DNA of 64,000 bases from Bugula neritina (GCA_964035545.1 OZ037770.1:14684642-14748641); one strand, 5' to 3'. Numbered from the stretch's first letter, positions 1-14,600 are shown. Notes: generated by a model from the sequence alone, not told the origin. Program-made: numbers and translations.

Positions 1-120
<120 letters not shown>

Positions 121-128
121 AAACTTAC

Positions 129-2018
129 TTGCTGATGGCGTGAGTTTTATAATTGGAAAGTTTTAGTCTCTCTGGTAAAAGTATCTCATTCAGTGGTAAG
201 CATTGCTTGTGATCTTCAGAGATTTGATTTTGCATGCCGAGTTTATACGGATATCTACCGGTTAGCATTGCAGTCCTTGACCTGAAGAAGATAGTTTTTA
301 GGACACTGCATACGCGTCATAATATTATTACAGTATGTTTCACTCTACACTCAACCATCGATGATGATAGAAATATTTTTGTAACAAAAGAAAATGTCTA
401 AAGTAAAAACGGTTGCACTAGAAATTCTTCTTACATAAAAGGTTAGATATTCAGTTTGAAAAGTGTACTAAGTTGTCTATGAATACGAAGTGTGACCATA
501 CATACCACAATGTAAATATTGACATATTTAAAATATATTATTATAAATACTAGTATACTGTAATTAGAAATCACCCCATGTCATAACATAACGCCATTTA
601 TAAGCTAACCCTGCACAATTTATGTCGCGTATCCATACAGTAACTACTCTACTAATCTGCTTTAATCTCCTCCATTAAAAGTAAAGGGCAATTAAATATC
701 ACAACCTAAAATTTTACTATTTGATGAATTCACACAACTTGTAGCTAGTTTATCCAGGCCAACTCAACTGCAGAGAGAGTTACTACCGTAGTACTAGCCC
801 AAATATATTTTACTTGCTTACTCTACACCAAACTTATATTACTGTAGATATACTCCAAAAATTATATTTACAATATTATCCTTTATACGTATATAACACT
901 CCTGCCTAATAACAGTATATCTAACTCTATGATCTACGTATCCACATGGAGTATCGTATTATATATTATACTAATTTAAATATGCTAAATTTATATTATT
1001 TTAAGCAACCCTAATGTCCATATAACCTATATATTGTATATGAGACCTATATTACATATATATGACGCCTACATTATACATACGACCCATATTATATAGA
1101 TGACCTATATTATAAACATATGACCCATAATATATAGATGACCCATATTATATACATATGACCCATATTATATAGATGACCTATTTTATTCATATTATCT
1201 ATGTTATATTTGACCTATATTTCATTTGACCTGTATTACTCACGGAGAACAGGTTGATTGGACGTAAGAAGCATTAATGATGACACCTTCACTAGCCAGC
1301 TTGTCTATGTTTGGAGACAGAATGTCGCTGTTTCTGTAGCCAACATCTGAGAAACCTGCAGAATTTGGTTGAAATTAGTATGTACTTTACAAATTGTGTA
1401 AAATTGAATTAGCTCTTTTCAGCTTTTAATCAAACATTCAAACCTAACAAAGAAACTAAAGTGTTTATCCGAGGTTTGAAAAGTTTATCTGATGTGTCTT
1501 TGCCTATAATGTTTAATAGTCAGCAAACCCGAATATGCAATCAAGCTTGCAATTTATGAGCAATGCTTGTAAAGCGTTGCTCATAGCGCCAAAACATTGC
1601 ATTAAACTTGCTTACGAAAAAGTATACTAGTTAAAAATAATTGCAATAAAAATATGCGTTAGATAAAGTTAAACCTCAACAGCAACGCTGGCATTCCAGG
1701 TTTAAATAATTAATACAACTGTATATTCGTAAACAGTTATTTTAGGAGTTTTCGTGGCTTTAAAGTATAATAGCTTTCTCATAGCTTTTTTACTAGTCAG
1801 TGTTTTCCCCCTGCAGTAATCAATCAAATGAATAAAGTATTCTAAAACTACAAAATATAAGTAACGTAATCAGATCTACAGTTATCAAAATAGTCAACTA
1901 TAACATACATACCCAGGTCATCAACAACTATGAATACAATATTTGGTGCGGCAGAGACAGCTGTCAGTAAGACAGCGTTGATCAAGAGAACGTGTTTTAG
2001 AGCAGTCAAACCTACCAT
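129..2018 (-). CDS. Arylsulfatase (ARSB/I/J-like), first 3 coding exons; gene continues beyond the window start. Exons 2018-1913, 1355-1244, 281-129
   Basis: Manual translation MVGLTALKHVLLINAVLLTAVSA-APNIVFIVVDDLG/FSDVGYRNSDILSPNIDKLASEGVIINASYVQSTCSP/SRTAMLTGRYPYKLGMQ. It shows a signal peptide, the PNIxFIxxDDLG motif and the formylglycine motif CSPSRxxxLTGR. GT-AG junctions are phase-compatible. Confidence 0.93.
1010..1232. repeat. Degenerate ~19-21 bp AT-rich minisatellite (GACCCATATTATATAGAT-like)
   Basis: About 10 imperfect tandem units in arylsulfatase intron 2. Confidence 0.8.
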
Positions 2019-3244
2019 TCTTCTTTAGTTACCTGCACTTGGCTGTGAGAAGTTAAATTAACAAGATAATTTCTAGTAAATTATCTCGACTGCAACAAGT
2101 CATTGATTGGTCGGATTTTCACACGAAGAGATTAAAGTGTCACCACAGTGCATAATAAATGCCATTACCTTGTTGCCCAGGTTGTAGAACTTGTGAAAAG
2201 TCATATTTTCACAATAATTTATCACCACATAATGTTGGCTTTGTTTTCTTTAAAAAACACACTGCATTCCTACGCACATAGTAGATACAAATTAATGAAT
2301 TTTTCAAAACTAGTTTAATGTTTATTCAAAATATATTATAAGTAGTTCAAGTAAGTTTTTGTTCTTATTTCTGCCACGATCTTTAAGGACTTGTCTATTT
2401 CCCATCTCTATCTCTTATCTACGCTCTTGAGTTATCAGCTCATTTTCGGGAATAGCTAGTCTAACAAAAACACTTTTCTGCAAACTATTTCAACTGTTAT
2501 GTTGATTATGATCTATTTTGCTGGAAAAAATAGAGACAAGTTCACATCTGAAATGACAGTTTTGCTATCCGCTCATGTTTGTTCAACTTCCATTGCCAAC
2601 TAAGTGAGCATTTCAGGATTAATTTGAAGACAAAAGGTTTTAAACCCATCATTTGTATTGTATTACTCATGCGGAGTACTGCATGCATGGCTTTGAATGG
2701 TAATTGAATAGCTTTTTGTGTTCAAGATTGCCTATCAATTATTCTTTTCATTATTGTTCTAAACTATAATTATGCGAATCTCATCACAAGCTAGTAAACA
2801 AACAACTGTAAGTTGAACTAAATACATATTAGATATGTAGTTGATTGAATGGGTCATTTGTTAGGTCACAAGTGACTGTTATCTGACCAAATGGTCATTC
2901 TCTTGTGAAATATGTACTGATAATTGCTTTGTTGATAGACTTGCAAATACTCATAAGCCTAAACAGTTACTAAACATTTATAGTTTCAGAAAGCAGTTGC
3001 TATAAAAGCTGTAATTGGTTGCATATTTAGTTCTAAACTTACCCACATATCAAAGTTAAATGCAAACTTTACAATTTAAATAATAAGAAAGATAAAATAT
3101 ATCATGTACTTTTTTATGACATGAATTTCATCATAAATGTACATATAAATACTATACTTATGTGGTTATATATATGTATATCTATGTATTTTACAAAACA
3201 AAATATAAACCTTCAGCTAATTTGATTGCAGTTCACTGCAGTAT

Positions 3245-3974
3245 TTATTTCATAAAGGTATGGTTTGTTACTCTTGTGGCAGATGGGGTTTGGATATGTT
3301 TGTTAAATGCTTTCAAACCTTGAAGACTCTTTTGACTTCTACAAAAAAAGTCAGACGAAAGCTATTTAGGATTAAAATAAAATTAGTAATTTGATAAAAC
3401 GATATTTATTAAAAAACTTCAAGAATTTTAAGTATGTAGACATTTTATATATTGAAATTTTATCGTGGTGTAATTAATTACCTGGTCACCATATAGTTAG
3501 ATGGTCCAGTACTGTCTAAATCCTTTGTCTGCAAAGGTTTTGGTAAGCTCTGGCTAGAGTCTTGCTCTTTTTTATTGTCAATATTTTCTTCCAAAGAGGT
3601 TTCCTGCAAACCAAATGTTTGAACAAATGAAATGCTAAACAACCACAATTTTTGGAAAAGCATTCTCACTAAATATAATCATAAATACTGCTGTCTTTAA
3701 AAGGAAATGCATATAATATCAACTTGTAGTGATAAAACCAGACATATCCAGTTAGGTTGTAGCTAATAACAAAACAGTTTTGATACAATTACTTTCTCTT
3801 CACCTTAAGCTCAGTTGTTAAAGATTTAAGTTTCTTAGACGTTCTTCTAATTGTGTGAATTTGATTGATTTGTTTTGTGGTTAAAGCATGCCGTCTTCCC
3901 TTATCAGCCACACGCTTAATTAAACTGCGTTCTGTAAAGTTGTCTCCTCTATGTTTATTCTTTGTACGACCCAT
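3245..3974 (-). CDS. Hypothetical basic ~128-aa protein; exons 3974-3804, 3603-3482, 3338-3245
   Basis: Three exons join in frame through AAG|gtgaag, tttgcag|GAA, AG|gtaatt and ttttgtag|A. Product MGRTKNKHRG...TELK/ETSLEE...YMVT/RSQKSLQG...FMK*. AATAAA overlaps the stop. Confidence 0.7.
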
Positions 3975-4409
3975 AACTTTTGGCTGCTGGCCAACATTGG
4001 CCGTGGGATTACCGTCAACTAAAAGTTATATCAGGCGTAGCGTAATGAATATTTGTTAAATTTGATAAAATCAACAGAAATAGCGTCTTTATAGAGATTT
4101 CAATCATTACAGATTGCACTTTTTAACGCCATGTCTTTAATGTTAGCATCTGAAATCAGCTGAATTATGCACAAATCTAACGGGAAAGAAAGATTTTATT
4201 TACTCTTCTAAAAATAGCACGTGGAACTGAATTTGTTGAGTTTAGGCACACCAATTTCTGACTTATTATTCAATCAAATGGTAGCGGCAGCCTAAAATAT
4301 TAGTGAAAGTTAAAAATATCAAAATTTTGCTTGGCAACTACCAAATCTATAAAATCAAATCATTTGTGGCTTCAAGCAATAAGCAAATATACTGTACAAT
4401 TCTAAAATA

Positions 4410-4500
4410 AAATAATACAATTCTACATTAGAATACTACTATTCTGCATTAGAATATTACTATTCTGCATTAGAATACTACAATTCTACAGTACAATATC
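4410..4500. repeat. ~21-bp tandem repeat (ATTCTRCATTAGAATAYTACW), about 4 copies
   Basis: Visible tandem units. Confidence 0.8.
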
Positions 4501-7500
4501 ATGGTGTACTTTGATACTCCGTTGGCATAGTATTATGGGATACTTATACACTGCACTAGGATATTATATCATACTTGTATACAAATGAAATTATATAATT
4601 TGTAAGAATATAAATAACAGAAATACGATGCATACAAAGAGTATAGAATATTGATTATACAATACGAAACCTATAACATACAATATAATATAGCATTTAG
4701 CAGATTTTGGTCTATACTTTGTAGTGGTTAGATCACGCTATAGTCTAAAACACACTAAAATCTTAGTAAAGGCCTTTACTGGTGTTAGGAAGTGTATTCT
4801 GTCATAATTGCCCATTTAACAGAACGGAAAAACCCACTCGGTAGCAGATATGATTTAGAATACAAAATATAGAATATGGAACATAAATATAAAGTATAGA
4901 AAACAGTATATATGAAGTAGAAAAACTCACAGGCGCTATTGAAAGGATTTACTATGAGGAAACTACAGGACACACACTCCAGTGAACAAACTGATAGGTA
5001 CTGGTTGAAGAATAGTAACTATAGCTTGTAAATGCTCTCTAGATATGCTAGCTATCAATTGATGTCATGTAGCTGCACCTATTTTAGTAGATGTATTGTA
5101 AACATTACAAGTAGTTTGCACATACAATCAAGATGAAGATAAAAACTCCCGATATCTAGAAGTAAAATATTATCATATTGCTTAGGCAAATGCTTATTCT
5201 GTTATAACTTGCCCGACATATAAAAGATGATTTGATTTTTGGTAATTTTTTTCTTATAAGCTTAAAAAAAAATTTTCAAGTGAAATATTAATATATTATA
5301 ACACTTAGTGATGTAAAAATATGCTTTAAATTATGAGTTTATGTTATTTTAAGACATGTACTTTTGATAAAGCAGTAAAGTTTTAACAATTTCAAAAGTT
5401 AAAGGTATAATAGCCTATTAAAAAGTATTTTGCTTTAGTGCCTTATGGTAATTATATGCATGAATTATCCAAGCAAGATTTTGTTGAAAATTTATCAGTC
5501 AAAAGCAATGTGCATGCCGCCTCATTGACTTGATGCACAATATTTTACTAAACAGAACCGCAGTGACTGCACTGGATTGTATTACTGCTAACGGATAAGA
5601 GTGATATTGTATGCTATGCACACACAAGCCTATATTTACTCAGTTGGTTGAGAGCTGCCAGCTGATTGGTTGCCAGCATAGATAAGTCGAATATCATTGG
5701 CCCATATTTTTCGACATGAGCTTTCATTGCAAGCAAAATGCATGTTTTTAATCTGCTTAATAGATTCTTTGTTATATAACTATTCTAAATATTTTTAATA
5801 TACCCAAAATGATAAAAAGTTCTCTTGTTTTAAGTTTATGATAATATAACTCTGAATAAATAGCAATGATAGATTACCTTATTCTTAGTATAGGTGGCTG
5901 CAGGAACAAATATTCTAATGGCTGTCTAGTCTGCGAGTCATCTTCTCTTTTCTTCTAATTTATCTTTAACCGTCTTGCATTTAGGAGCAGTAGTGGAGAA
6001 GTTGAGATAGCCTAATCTCTTTAATTTTGTTAATAAATTTTGGTTCGTGGCCGAGGGTTGAAATTCATGTGAGAACATAACTTCTTTTGCTACATTGCTA
6101 ATCTAGAACACAGGCTTTTCTTAATTTATCATTTACTGCACCTATCTCTAGTCTTGCCAGTGGATATATATTCAAAAAGAGACATAGTAAACTTAGTGAG
6201 CCTTTGATCTGGTCACACCAAAAGGGAGGGGGTTTGGGTTAGGAGTCTATGTGTATGTAGTTAAGTTTTCATCTAATAGTAGAAATAGGAGGCACCATGG
6301 CATAGCTATGGCAATGCCCATGGTTAGTTTAGCATAGAGCAATAGGTAATAATAGTAGCAGATAGGCTTTCATTGTCGATTCTATTGTCACTGCATCATT
6401 AGGTTGTTGGTATTCACTACCAAGCTATGTATTGTACTTTTTTACATTGGCTTTATTTGCCAAGAGCTAACTAATCAATGCTTGGATTTAGTACACACAA
6501 GCTGCTATGTTCACCTTTCTATTGCTACATTCACTACTAACAATGTTGTAGTGAAAAATACTAGTAGTACTTTAACTACATATAAGAGAATAAAATACAA
6601 CGCAGTGCCAGTGTATCACCCAGGTACATGGTGCAACAGCCAACTAGAATATATCATTTCTAGGTAGTTATAACTACAGTCATTATGACTTATGTCTTCA
6701 CAAATGCTACAAATGACAATATCTTTTATTTTTAGCTTCAATGATTTGTGTATGCAGATGCAACCAATAAGTGACCTTTCAAGGTGCCCTTTGAAATTCA
6801 AATTTTCACGACGCAGAGCCGGTAACTAAAGTGGAATAGCTGGTTCAGAAGATTTTCTTTTCTTCAGCGTGATTTTTCAGCTGCACCAAAATATCATATT
6901 CTTATTTATTGATGACTTGGGCTTGTTGACTTTCTTTTAGTTATTTGACTGCTTACAAATGCAGGTTCGATTACATCCATATTGAAGATTTTATTAATAC
7001 TTAATAGATTACTGTATGAAAAATTGCTGTGAGAAAACTGTTGCTCTGAAGCCATGAGAAATGCTAAAAACAAAACTTCAAGTAAATTCACAAAGTGCAT
7101 CTGGCACTGCGCAAGATAACAAAGGACTCAGTCCCCAGTTAAGCAAGTGTGAATTTATTATTGAATATAGCTATTAGATATTACTTGTTGCTTATTTATT
7201 GTGATGTTTAGATATTGTTACTGTAATGCAATATATACAATGTATTGTAAAGTAAAGTAAAGTATACTAGAAGATAAATATCTGTACCTTAATCTAACGA
7301 AACATTTGCCAGCAAAGTAGACTCCAAAACAATTACTACAAAAAAGGATGTAGTTTAAAATCTTTTATTGATTACTAAATTTTCATCACCTGACATGTTA
7401 TATTATAATATTTATTATATTATAGTATTCATTATGCTTGTATAATGACTATCATAACAGTATTACATAAGTATATACTATGTACAACATTTGATATGCA

Positions 7501-7700
7501 AAAGCATTGTTTGATATTTGATTTCATTTTTTGATTAAAGCATAAAAGAATGAAATTCAAATTTAAATTTATAAATTCATAAAAACGTTGTAAAAACGAA
7601 ATAAATTTAGTTACGGCTAATTGATTATTTAACTATAAGTAGAGCTTTCAGCTAAATAATGATTTGAGAAAAGTTGAAAAATGAATATAAATTGTGGTAG

Positions 7701-10700
7701 TTACTCCGGTGGCCGAAGGTAATGAGGGAGGGGTCCAGGCTTGGCCAGCAGAACCTTCGACTGGTCAAGATGAACGTTAATAATTGTGTAAAGAGGAAGT
7801 GTCAATAAAGACTTAAGTGTGTAGGCGTTGGTAAGTGAGTTCAACCCATCCCTCTCCTGCCTTTCAGCATAACGTTTCAGTAAATCAAACCTACAAAAGT
7901 ATGATTTGATTTACATGAAGCAGTTTTAGATGATGTGATGATGAAAATTAAAAAGCATGATGTGCTGTCGGAAAATTAGGGTCATTAATTTGATAGATAA
8001 TTGAACACTGCAAGCGTTGGATGATGGATAAACCTTTAGTGGGACTACCAGCAAGGCCTTCACTACTAGCAGCAAGGTCGCCAACTACCAGCAGCGAAGC
8101 GGGTAGCCAATGTAAATCCAAATTACTGTAGGTTATAAAATAATTCCTTGGTGAGATCACATTTAGAAAAAGACAGTAATTAGGGCATCAAGTGCAAAGA
8201 CCTCATTGTTCATTAGTGAGTGAATAAAGAAAGTGCGAGGGCAAGCTTTCTTTTGGTTTATGGAATTTAGTTATTCTGAAGAATTGATAAAATGAAAACA
8301 AACCTTCGAGGATTTGGTTCATTCCCCGAGTCCACTTTGTGTTTTATCATCATGTACTGGCAAATTTGCATAGGATATCTAACTATATTTACACCTTTGC
8401 TTTCACATCTACGCTGAAAGTCGTCATCTTCGCCTCCCCAACCAAAGAACTGATTGCTGTAACCGTTGGCTTTGACAAAGAGGTGTGAGCTAATGGCGAC
8501 CACACCCCCAAGAATTTTTTGATACGGGAGTCTAAATGTTGAACAAAGTAAAAATATAACATAGACTTGGACGGGGATAGAAATTGAGTGAATTACTACC
8601 ACGAATCAGAAAGCTCTCAAAAACAGCACAAGGATGCATACAGAGAAACACTATTATATACTATATAAAATAATTGTTAAATCATCGGACTTTTGCAAAG
8701 TGAAAATATCTTCAACTTGAATGATATTAGATGTTCATAGACTTGCTTGTAATGAAACTTGTCGATATAAGCGGACAGATGGCGGGTGTTGTTCCCTGGA
8801 CACCTGTACAGGCTTTTGTCATTGAGGGGAATGAGATCTACGTCATGAAAAATAACACACGTGTACCGGTCTCTCTTCATAGCTTCCACAAACCCAATAT
8901 TCATCAGCATTGCCCTGTTGAACTTTGACCCTTGAATCTAAAGATGTGATGACATCACAACATGGTTTACTGGACTCAGTGGAGCAAATAATGAGCTCCT
9001 TATATATGCACTCTGTACTATCGCTATAAGACATGTATATATCTATTGATATAAGACATGTATATATCTATTGATATAAGACATGTATATATCTATTGAT
9101 ATAAGACATGTATATATCTATTAATATAAGACATGTATATATCTATTGATATAAGACATGTATATATCTATTCATATAAGACATGTATATATCTATTGAT
9201 ATAAGACATGTATATATCTATTCATATAAGACATGTATATATCTATTAATTATAAGACATGTATATATCTATTGATATAAGACATGTATATATCTATTGA
9301 TATAAGACATACCACACAGTATGAATTCTCACTCACCTGATTGACTACGAATATTGTGTAGGAACTCTCTTGTCTCTGGAGGTAAGGATGAAGGTTGAGA
9401 AGTAATATTGATAAATGCATCTCTCTTTGTCTGCAACACAACAAAATATTAATAAAATTAAATATTACATATCCATTTCCTATATTAAAATGTTCTTATT
9501 ATAATATATTGCGTAAAATAATTTTATGACAAATTCTTAGCTAATCTGTCAACTATCAACTCCTTGTATCATTAGAAAGCTTGAAATTGCTAGTTATAAC
9601 TAAGATCTTTCCTAAAACAAGACATTCAAAACTGCAGAAAGGCAAATGTAGCCATAACAAACGATGGACTAAATTTTTGATCAAATAGATTAACTGTACT
9701 TCTTCTGACAAACCTGAACGGAATGACAATAGCAGTTTTCTGCAGGGGCTCACAGTTGGGGGGTGTGTAGGTTCCACCCGCCTTCACCCTGAAATCTAAG
9801 CTGTTGAGCTGATCTATTGGATAATATTCTTTCACTACTGGCACTTTTCCAACTGAGAAATATACAAATCATATTAATAAGTCAGATATTAGGTATATAC
9901 TCTAACAGCTACTAACTACAGGTATGTAGTACCAAATGCTGCCACTACTACTCCTAGCTAAATACTAGATGCAGGGAGTCATCATCCCTATATATAGAAG
10001 GCAGTTAATGTACTCATTAGTATATCTAGAGTAACATACTGTATGTAAACCTTTTGCCTCTACTGGGATTGAAACCCGAGACCTCCGGCTTGCAGGCAGG
10101 CACACTGTTACACCACAGATACCACTGAGTAAACTCAACACTACGTATATCTAGTTAAAGTTTACTCTTTTAGACTGAGTTCTACACAAACTGATATCAA
10201 GTAAATCACCTAATCCGTTGGGAACCAGCGGGCAAGGCTGATTGCTTGTTACATTATGGCGAGGCTGAGAATAGCTGTACAGAAGTTTGTGAGATTGCGT
10301 GAGACCCTTGAGTACTTTATCAAGTTGAACTGTACCATTGTTGAGTGAGGTAGTATTTTTTGGCGGCACCTATTAAATACCGCACAACTGTGAGAAAGTA
10401 CCAACGGAATAATCTAGAAGTTGTATGAAGTACACACATACATGACTAAGATGTTATAAACAGTTTGTAGGGGTAGTAACTAAAGTAGGAAGTAAAATAT
10501 ATGAGTGCACCTGGACCCACGACTTAACTATAACTATAAAATGGAGGTGCATTTTTTAAATTCGTCATATTATTTCAAAAAAGCCAAAAGAATGGTGAAC
10601 AAATGAATCTACCAAGTATCAGTATAGATGTTCACTCAGTTATATTACACTCACGTATATAATAATGGATAAACCAGGGAATACCCAGAAATGGAGGTTA

Positions 10701-11673
10701 CAGGACTGGAGGAATGAGTTATAAGAGGAAACTTCTTTTATAGAAAGAATCCTTACAAGGATAGAAAGCAGCCCAGAACATAAAGGAGTGGATCAGGGGT
10801 AGATACAGGTTTTTACAGGAGCGGATGGGACTATTTACAAAGGGTAAATAAAGGTTTTCACAGGAGTGGATAAGATTTTTTACAAAAGGTAGAAACAGTT
10901 TTTCATGGGAGTAGATAAGACGATTATTACAAAAGGTAGATATAGATTTTCACAGGGGTGGATGAAAATATTTCCAAATAGTAGATAAAGTTTTCACAAG
11001 AGTGGATAGGATTACTTACAGGGGCGGATGAATTTAAGTAGTCAGTATTGTTATGCCCCTCTGAGCTGTTTTTACTTTCATTCTTGATTGGCCATGATAA
11101 TACAAAATGGTCAGCTATGTTCAATCGTGTAGAATAGTTACTATCTAATAAGGCACTTCTGTCTAGCAAGGAATGTATGACAAGTGGTTGTTGTCTTAAA
11201 GGTAAACTAAAATAGATGACATCATCAAAACATGAGCTCATAGAAACACAACATCACAGTATAAAGTAAGTCACTTATCATGACAAAAAGTAGGTGAGCT
11301 ACATCTGACTTGAAGCAAAAAAAATATACCTCAAAACTAAATGTTAAATATTATATAAAAATCGTTCTTTAGTTCTCGTACTACCTATTTCAATGGCAGG
11401 TCTACTAAATGTGTAGCTTGCAAATGCTTCATAAATTATTTGATAATGAAAAATAAAACTTCTTAAAAACATTAAACAGTTCAATAGTTCAACCGAAGTA
11501 ATGCAAATGCAACTTCAAAACATATCAGGAATAAATACATACCCAAAGAAGTATACAGAAAGGAAAAACGTTACGAGAAGGATGAGAAATAGAGATTTGA
11601 TTTGACTGATTCGGCAACAGCTCTGATCAAACTCTGCCTGCAGAGAGCCGAACCATTTATTCTTTTCAGACAT
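7701..11673 (-). CDS. GT7 beta-1,4-galactosyl/N-acetylgalactosaminyltransferase (bre-4-like), ~439 aa; exons 11673-11543, 11206-11020, 10369-10210, 9852-9714, 9430-9337, 8937-8747, 8531-8304, 7890-7701
   Basis: N-terminal transmembrane anchor and stem, then motifs AIVIPFR, FNRAMLMNIG, FHDVD (DxD), GWGGEDDD, MIKH and DGLNSL. All exon phases are consistent. Confidence 0.93.
9025..9311. repeat. 25-bp minisatellite (TATAAGACATGTATATATCTATTGA), about 11 copies
   Basis: Near-perfect tandem units in a GT7 intron. Confidence 0.95.
10052..10120 (-). mobile_element. tRNA-derived short SINE-like repeat, family A
   Basis: GTGGTGTAA...TGCAAGCCGGAGGTCTCGGGTTTCAATCCCAGTAGAGGCAAAA has A/B-box-like parts and is similar to copies at about 32890, 37520, 46618 and 54262. 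Confidence 0.7.
10765..11030. repeat. Degenerate ~21-bp tandem repeat starting at the exon 2/intron 2 junction of the GT7 gene
   Basis: Minus-strand units ATCYACYYYTGTRAA..., the first being the junction itself (ATCCGCCCCT|GTAAGT). Confidence 0.7.
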
Positions 11674-14600
11674 AGCTGAAACCCTTCCAGAACTTTCTTT
11701 ACTGAGCACGAAATTTTCATTCAGGCAACTTAATTTCTTCAACAAAGATGAAAATTACATCACAATTCTGATACAATATCATATCATATTATAAAACTCA
11801 AGTCTATTTAAAGGCATGTATATATAAAACATTAAACTCACTGAGTAATTGAGTGGTACATGTTTTATAGTTGCTCGTAATTCTTACTCATAAAATTGTA
11901 GATATAACAAAAATTTTGTTATATCTATATTGTAGATTAAAGAGCACAAACTAAATTCAACCATAACAAAAGTCATTATATATAGACACTGGCTCAATCA
12001 GAGTAAGTAATATAATTAAAATTCAATACAATGATAATAGTTAATGAATTAAGTTGGACAATTCAGTTCTAAATTGACTAAGCATACATGTTTAGGTTTG
12101 AGTTAAATTATTAAATGGAATGTTACAGTTGTGAAATTCTTCTCTTATCTTATCTAAACTAATAGTATGTTGTGAATAATATCATCAATATGATTAATAT
12201 TGCTATGTTGAGTCAAGCTGTAAGTGTATGGACTATAATGACTTGTTGATATAATAAAAATAATGTAGTATAATATTAGGGTTGATATATTCTAATTAAT
12301 AAATTTGAAAAAAATTCTTGACCTGCGTCTATCTGCATGAGCAGTAGGCTTTTGAGTTGAAGTTAAGGAGTTCAAGATAAGGTTTATGAATAAATACCAT
12401 ACTATTAATAACAACTATGGTGTTTACATTACTGTTATCTTATGATTAGCCCCAATAAAGTTGTAATAGCATACTGGGTCAAGTTGCATTCCGCTACGGA
12501 ACAGGATGAAGCAAAGATAGATGGGAATAGGTGAGAGAAAATGGTACAAGTTGCATGGTACAGTTACAGTACAGTTCCTATAGGAATAGATACAGCTACT
12601 AGTACTATTAAAATCATAATGATCATGTAGACATGAAAAATAACAATTGGAGCTACCAATAAATATAGTTCCAATTAGAATAGCTATCACTTTCCTTTTA
12701 AAGTAGGCGAATGGTAACGCCCAACGCTAACAGTAATGATAAAACGAAACAGAAATAACAAATCAAAGGCTAATAGTAAACCTGAACTAAATACTTCAAA
12801 ATTAAATATGACGTACTTACAATTATCACAGGCAATTCATGCTTCTCTCTTGTTTTAATCAACTTACAATGACATGTTTTAGTCACTAGATGGCTGTTTG
12901 TCTAGCGACAAAAGGTTAAAGGTATGCATCAATCTAGTACTAAGCTGCTAGGGTCTTCGCAAAGTGCGACTAGTTGCGACAAAACCGGGAACTCGACGGC
13001 ATTCGCAAAGTTGAGTAGTAATTGAAGGCTTAATTTGGATAGTCTGAACTCTGAAAATTGAAGTTAATTCTCAGTTTTGAGATTTTTTAAATTGTTCTGG
13101 TAGAACAAAAATCTAAAGATTTCAACATACTCATATTTTAGCACGTATTTCCCAGCTCCTTCAATCTTAAAATTGCTTTTGAAATTTGGTAACTAAGGTG
13201 TGAATTCTTTTAAATGTGACTAAGCAATGGGAACTATCGCGGAGTTGTCCTAAAAATGAGAAGACAACTTGAGCATTTTATAACGCAATAGCTGTCAATT
13301 AATTAAACCTTATTTAAGTGATGGTAGCTCACGGGTTATATTATTCAGTATTAAATTATAAATATCACATTGAAAACAAACGCTATAGTTTTATCAATTC
13401 TTGTTGGAAAGTTGCTAGAAACAGCACCAAGCTGGTGGTCACTGAGTGCAAACCGAGTTTGAAACTGAGGATGTGATGTTTTTCAAGGAATTTAAACCTA
13501 GTAGAAAATATATCTAACAATTCAACACTTTTGAAAAGCTTGCCGGCTAGTTTTAATTATATTTAAAATACTTTTGAGCACCTGGTACAGAGTGACAAAG
13601 CTGTATAATTATTTAATGAATAATATCAGTAGCCTTACATTTTTAACAGATTTTAACATCCTACCAATTATTTTTTAAAATATATTTGATCAATAACAGA
13701 AAGCTAAAAGTTTAGTTTGTGTTTGTGTTACTGAAAATGCAATTTCTTTAGGAGTGATTATACACAGCATCAGCAGTAGTGCTGATGTTCACAAACACTC
13801 AAATATTGTCAAGGCATCGAAATAATTCGCATGATAATGAATTTGTTGCTTACAAAGGTGAAGTTTCAAAGTCATCATTTTATTTCAGCTCATTTTTATT
13901 GATAGTTTTATACATTTTGGCTTAACCCGCGCAAATTTAAACAGTTTTTTCGACAAAATGTTATGCCAATTGAGATTTAAACACAATTACCCAGCTACTC
14001 TGCATGCATGGGCTCTATTAGCTGTATAATTGCTTGTAGAAGACATGCGTCTGTAGATTGGCAACTGCAGTAAAAAATGACCAGTGTTTTAGCAAATAAT
14101 AATCCTAATGGTCTAGAATAGGGAAGACAACTTTAAGTTGGTTGCACTACCAGCTTTTATAATTGAGTTTTACTTTGAGCTTTTATCTGAATTTTTTGTA
14201 TAATTTTGCAGAGGAAAAAATGCAATCTATTTATGTATAATGAAAATTTGGAAAAAATATCTATAACGGTTTTTTTTGTCGAAAAACCAACTATTAACAG
14301 CCTGAACTGAAGCAATCAGTTGCATAGCAACAAACAAACAACAAACAAACAATAATATTACTATATATGGTTATAGGTTGCGTAGCACATTTTAATCAGC
14401 TTTTCAGATATAATCTTATAGATAAGTGGTATTTGCTGACAAATCCATTACATAAGCTTATCAATAGGCTATAGTTTCTATAAACTTCAATTAAATAGAA
14501 CTATATTATAATTTTAGTAATCAAATATGATATACTTTTAAAGCAAAAGCATTGACACTTTACTGTATTATTGGAATACACCCAATCTGGTTATAGTGTC

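Noticed and set aside
9025-9311. CRISPR-like array (also 25870-26016)
   Set aside because: Head-to-tail repeats without unique spacers, in eukaryotic introns, with no cas genes
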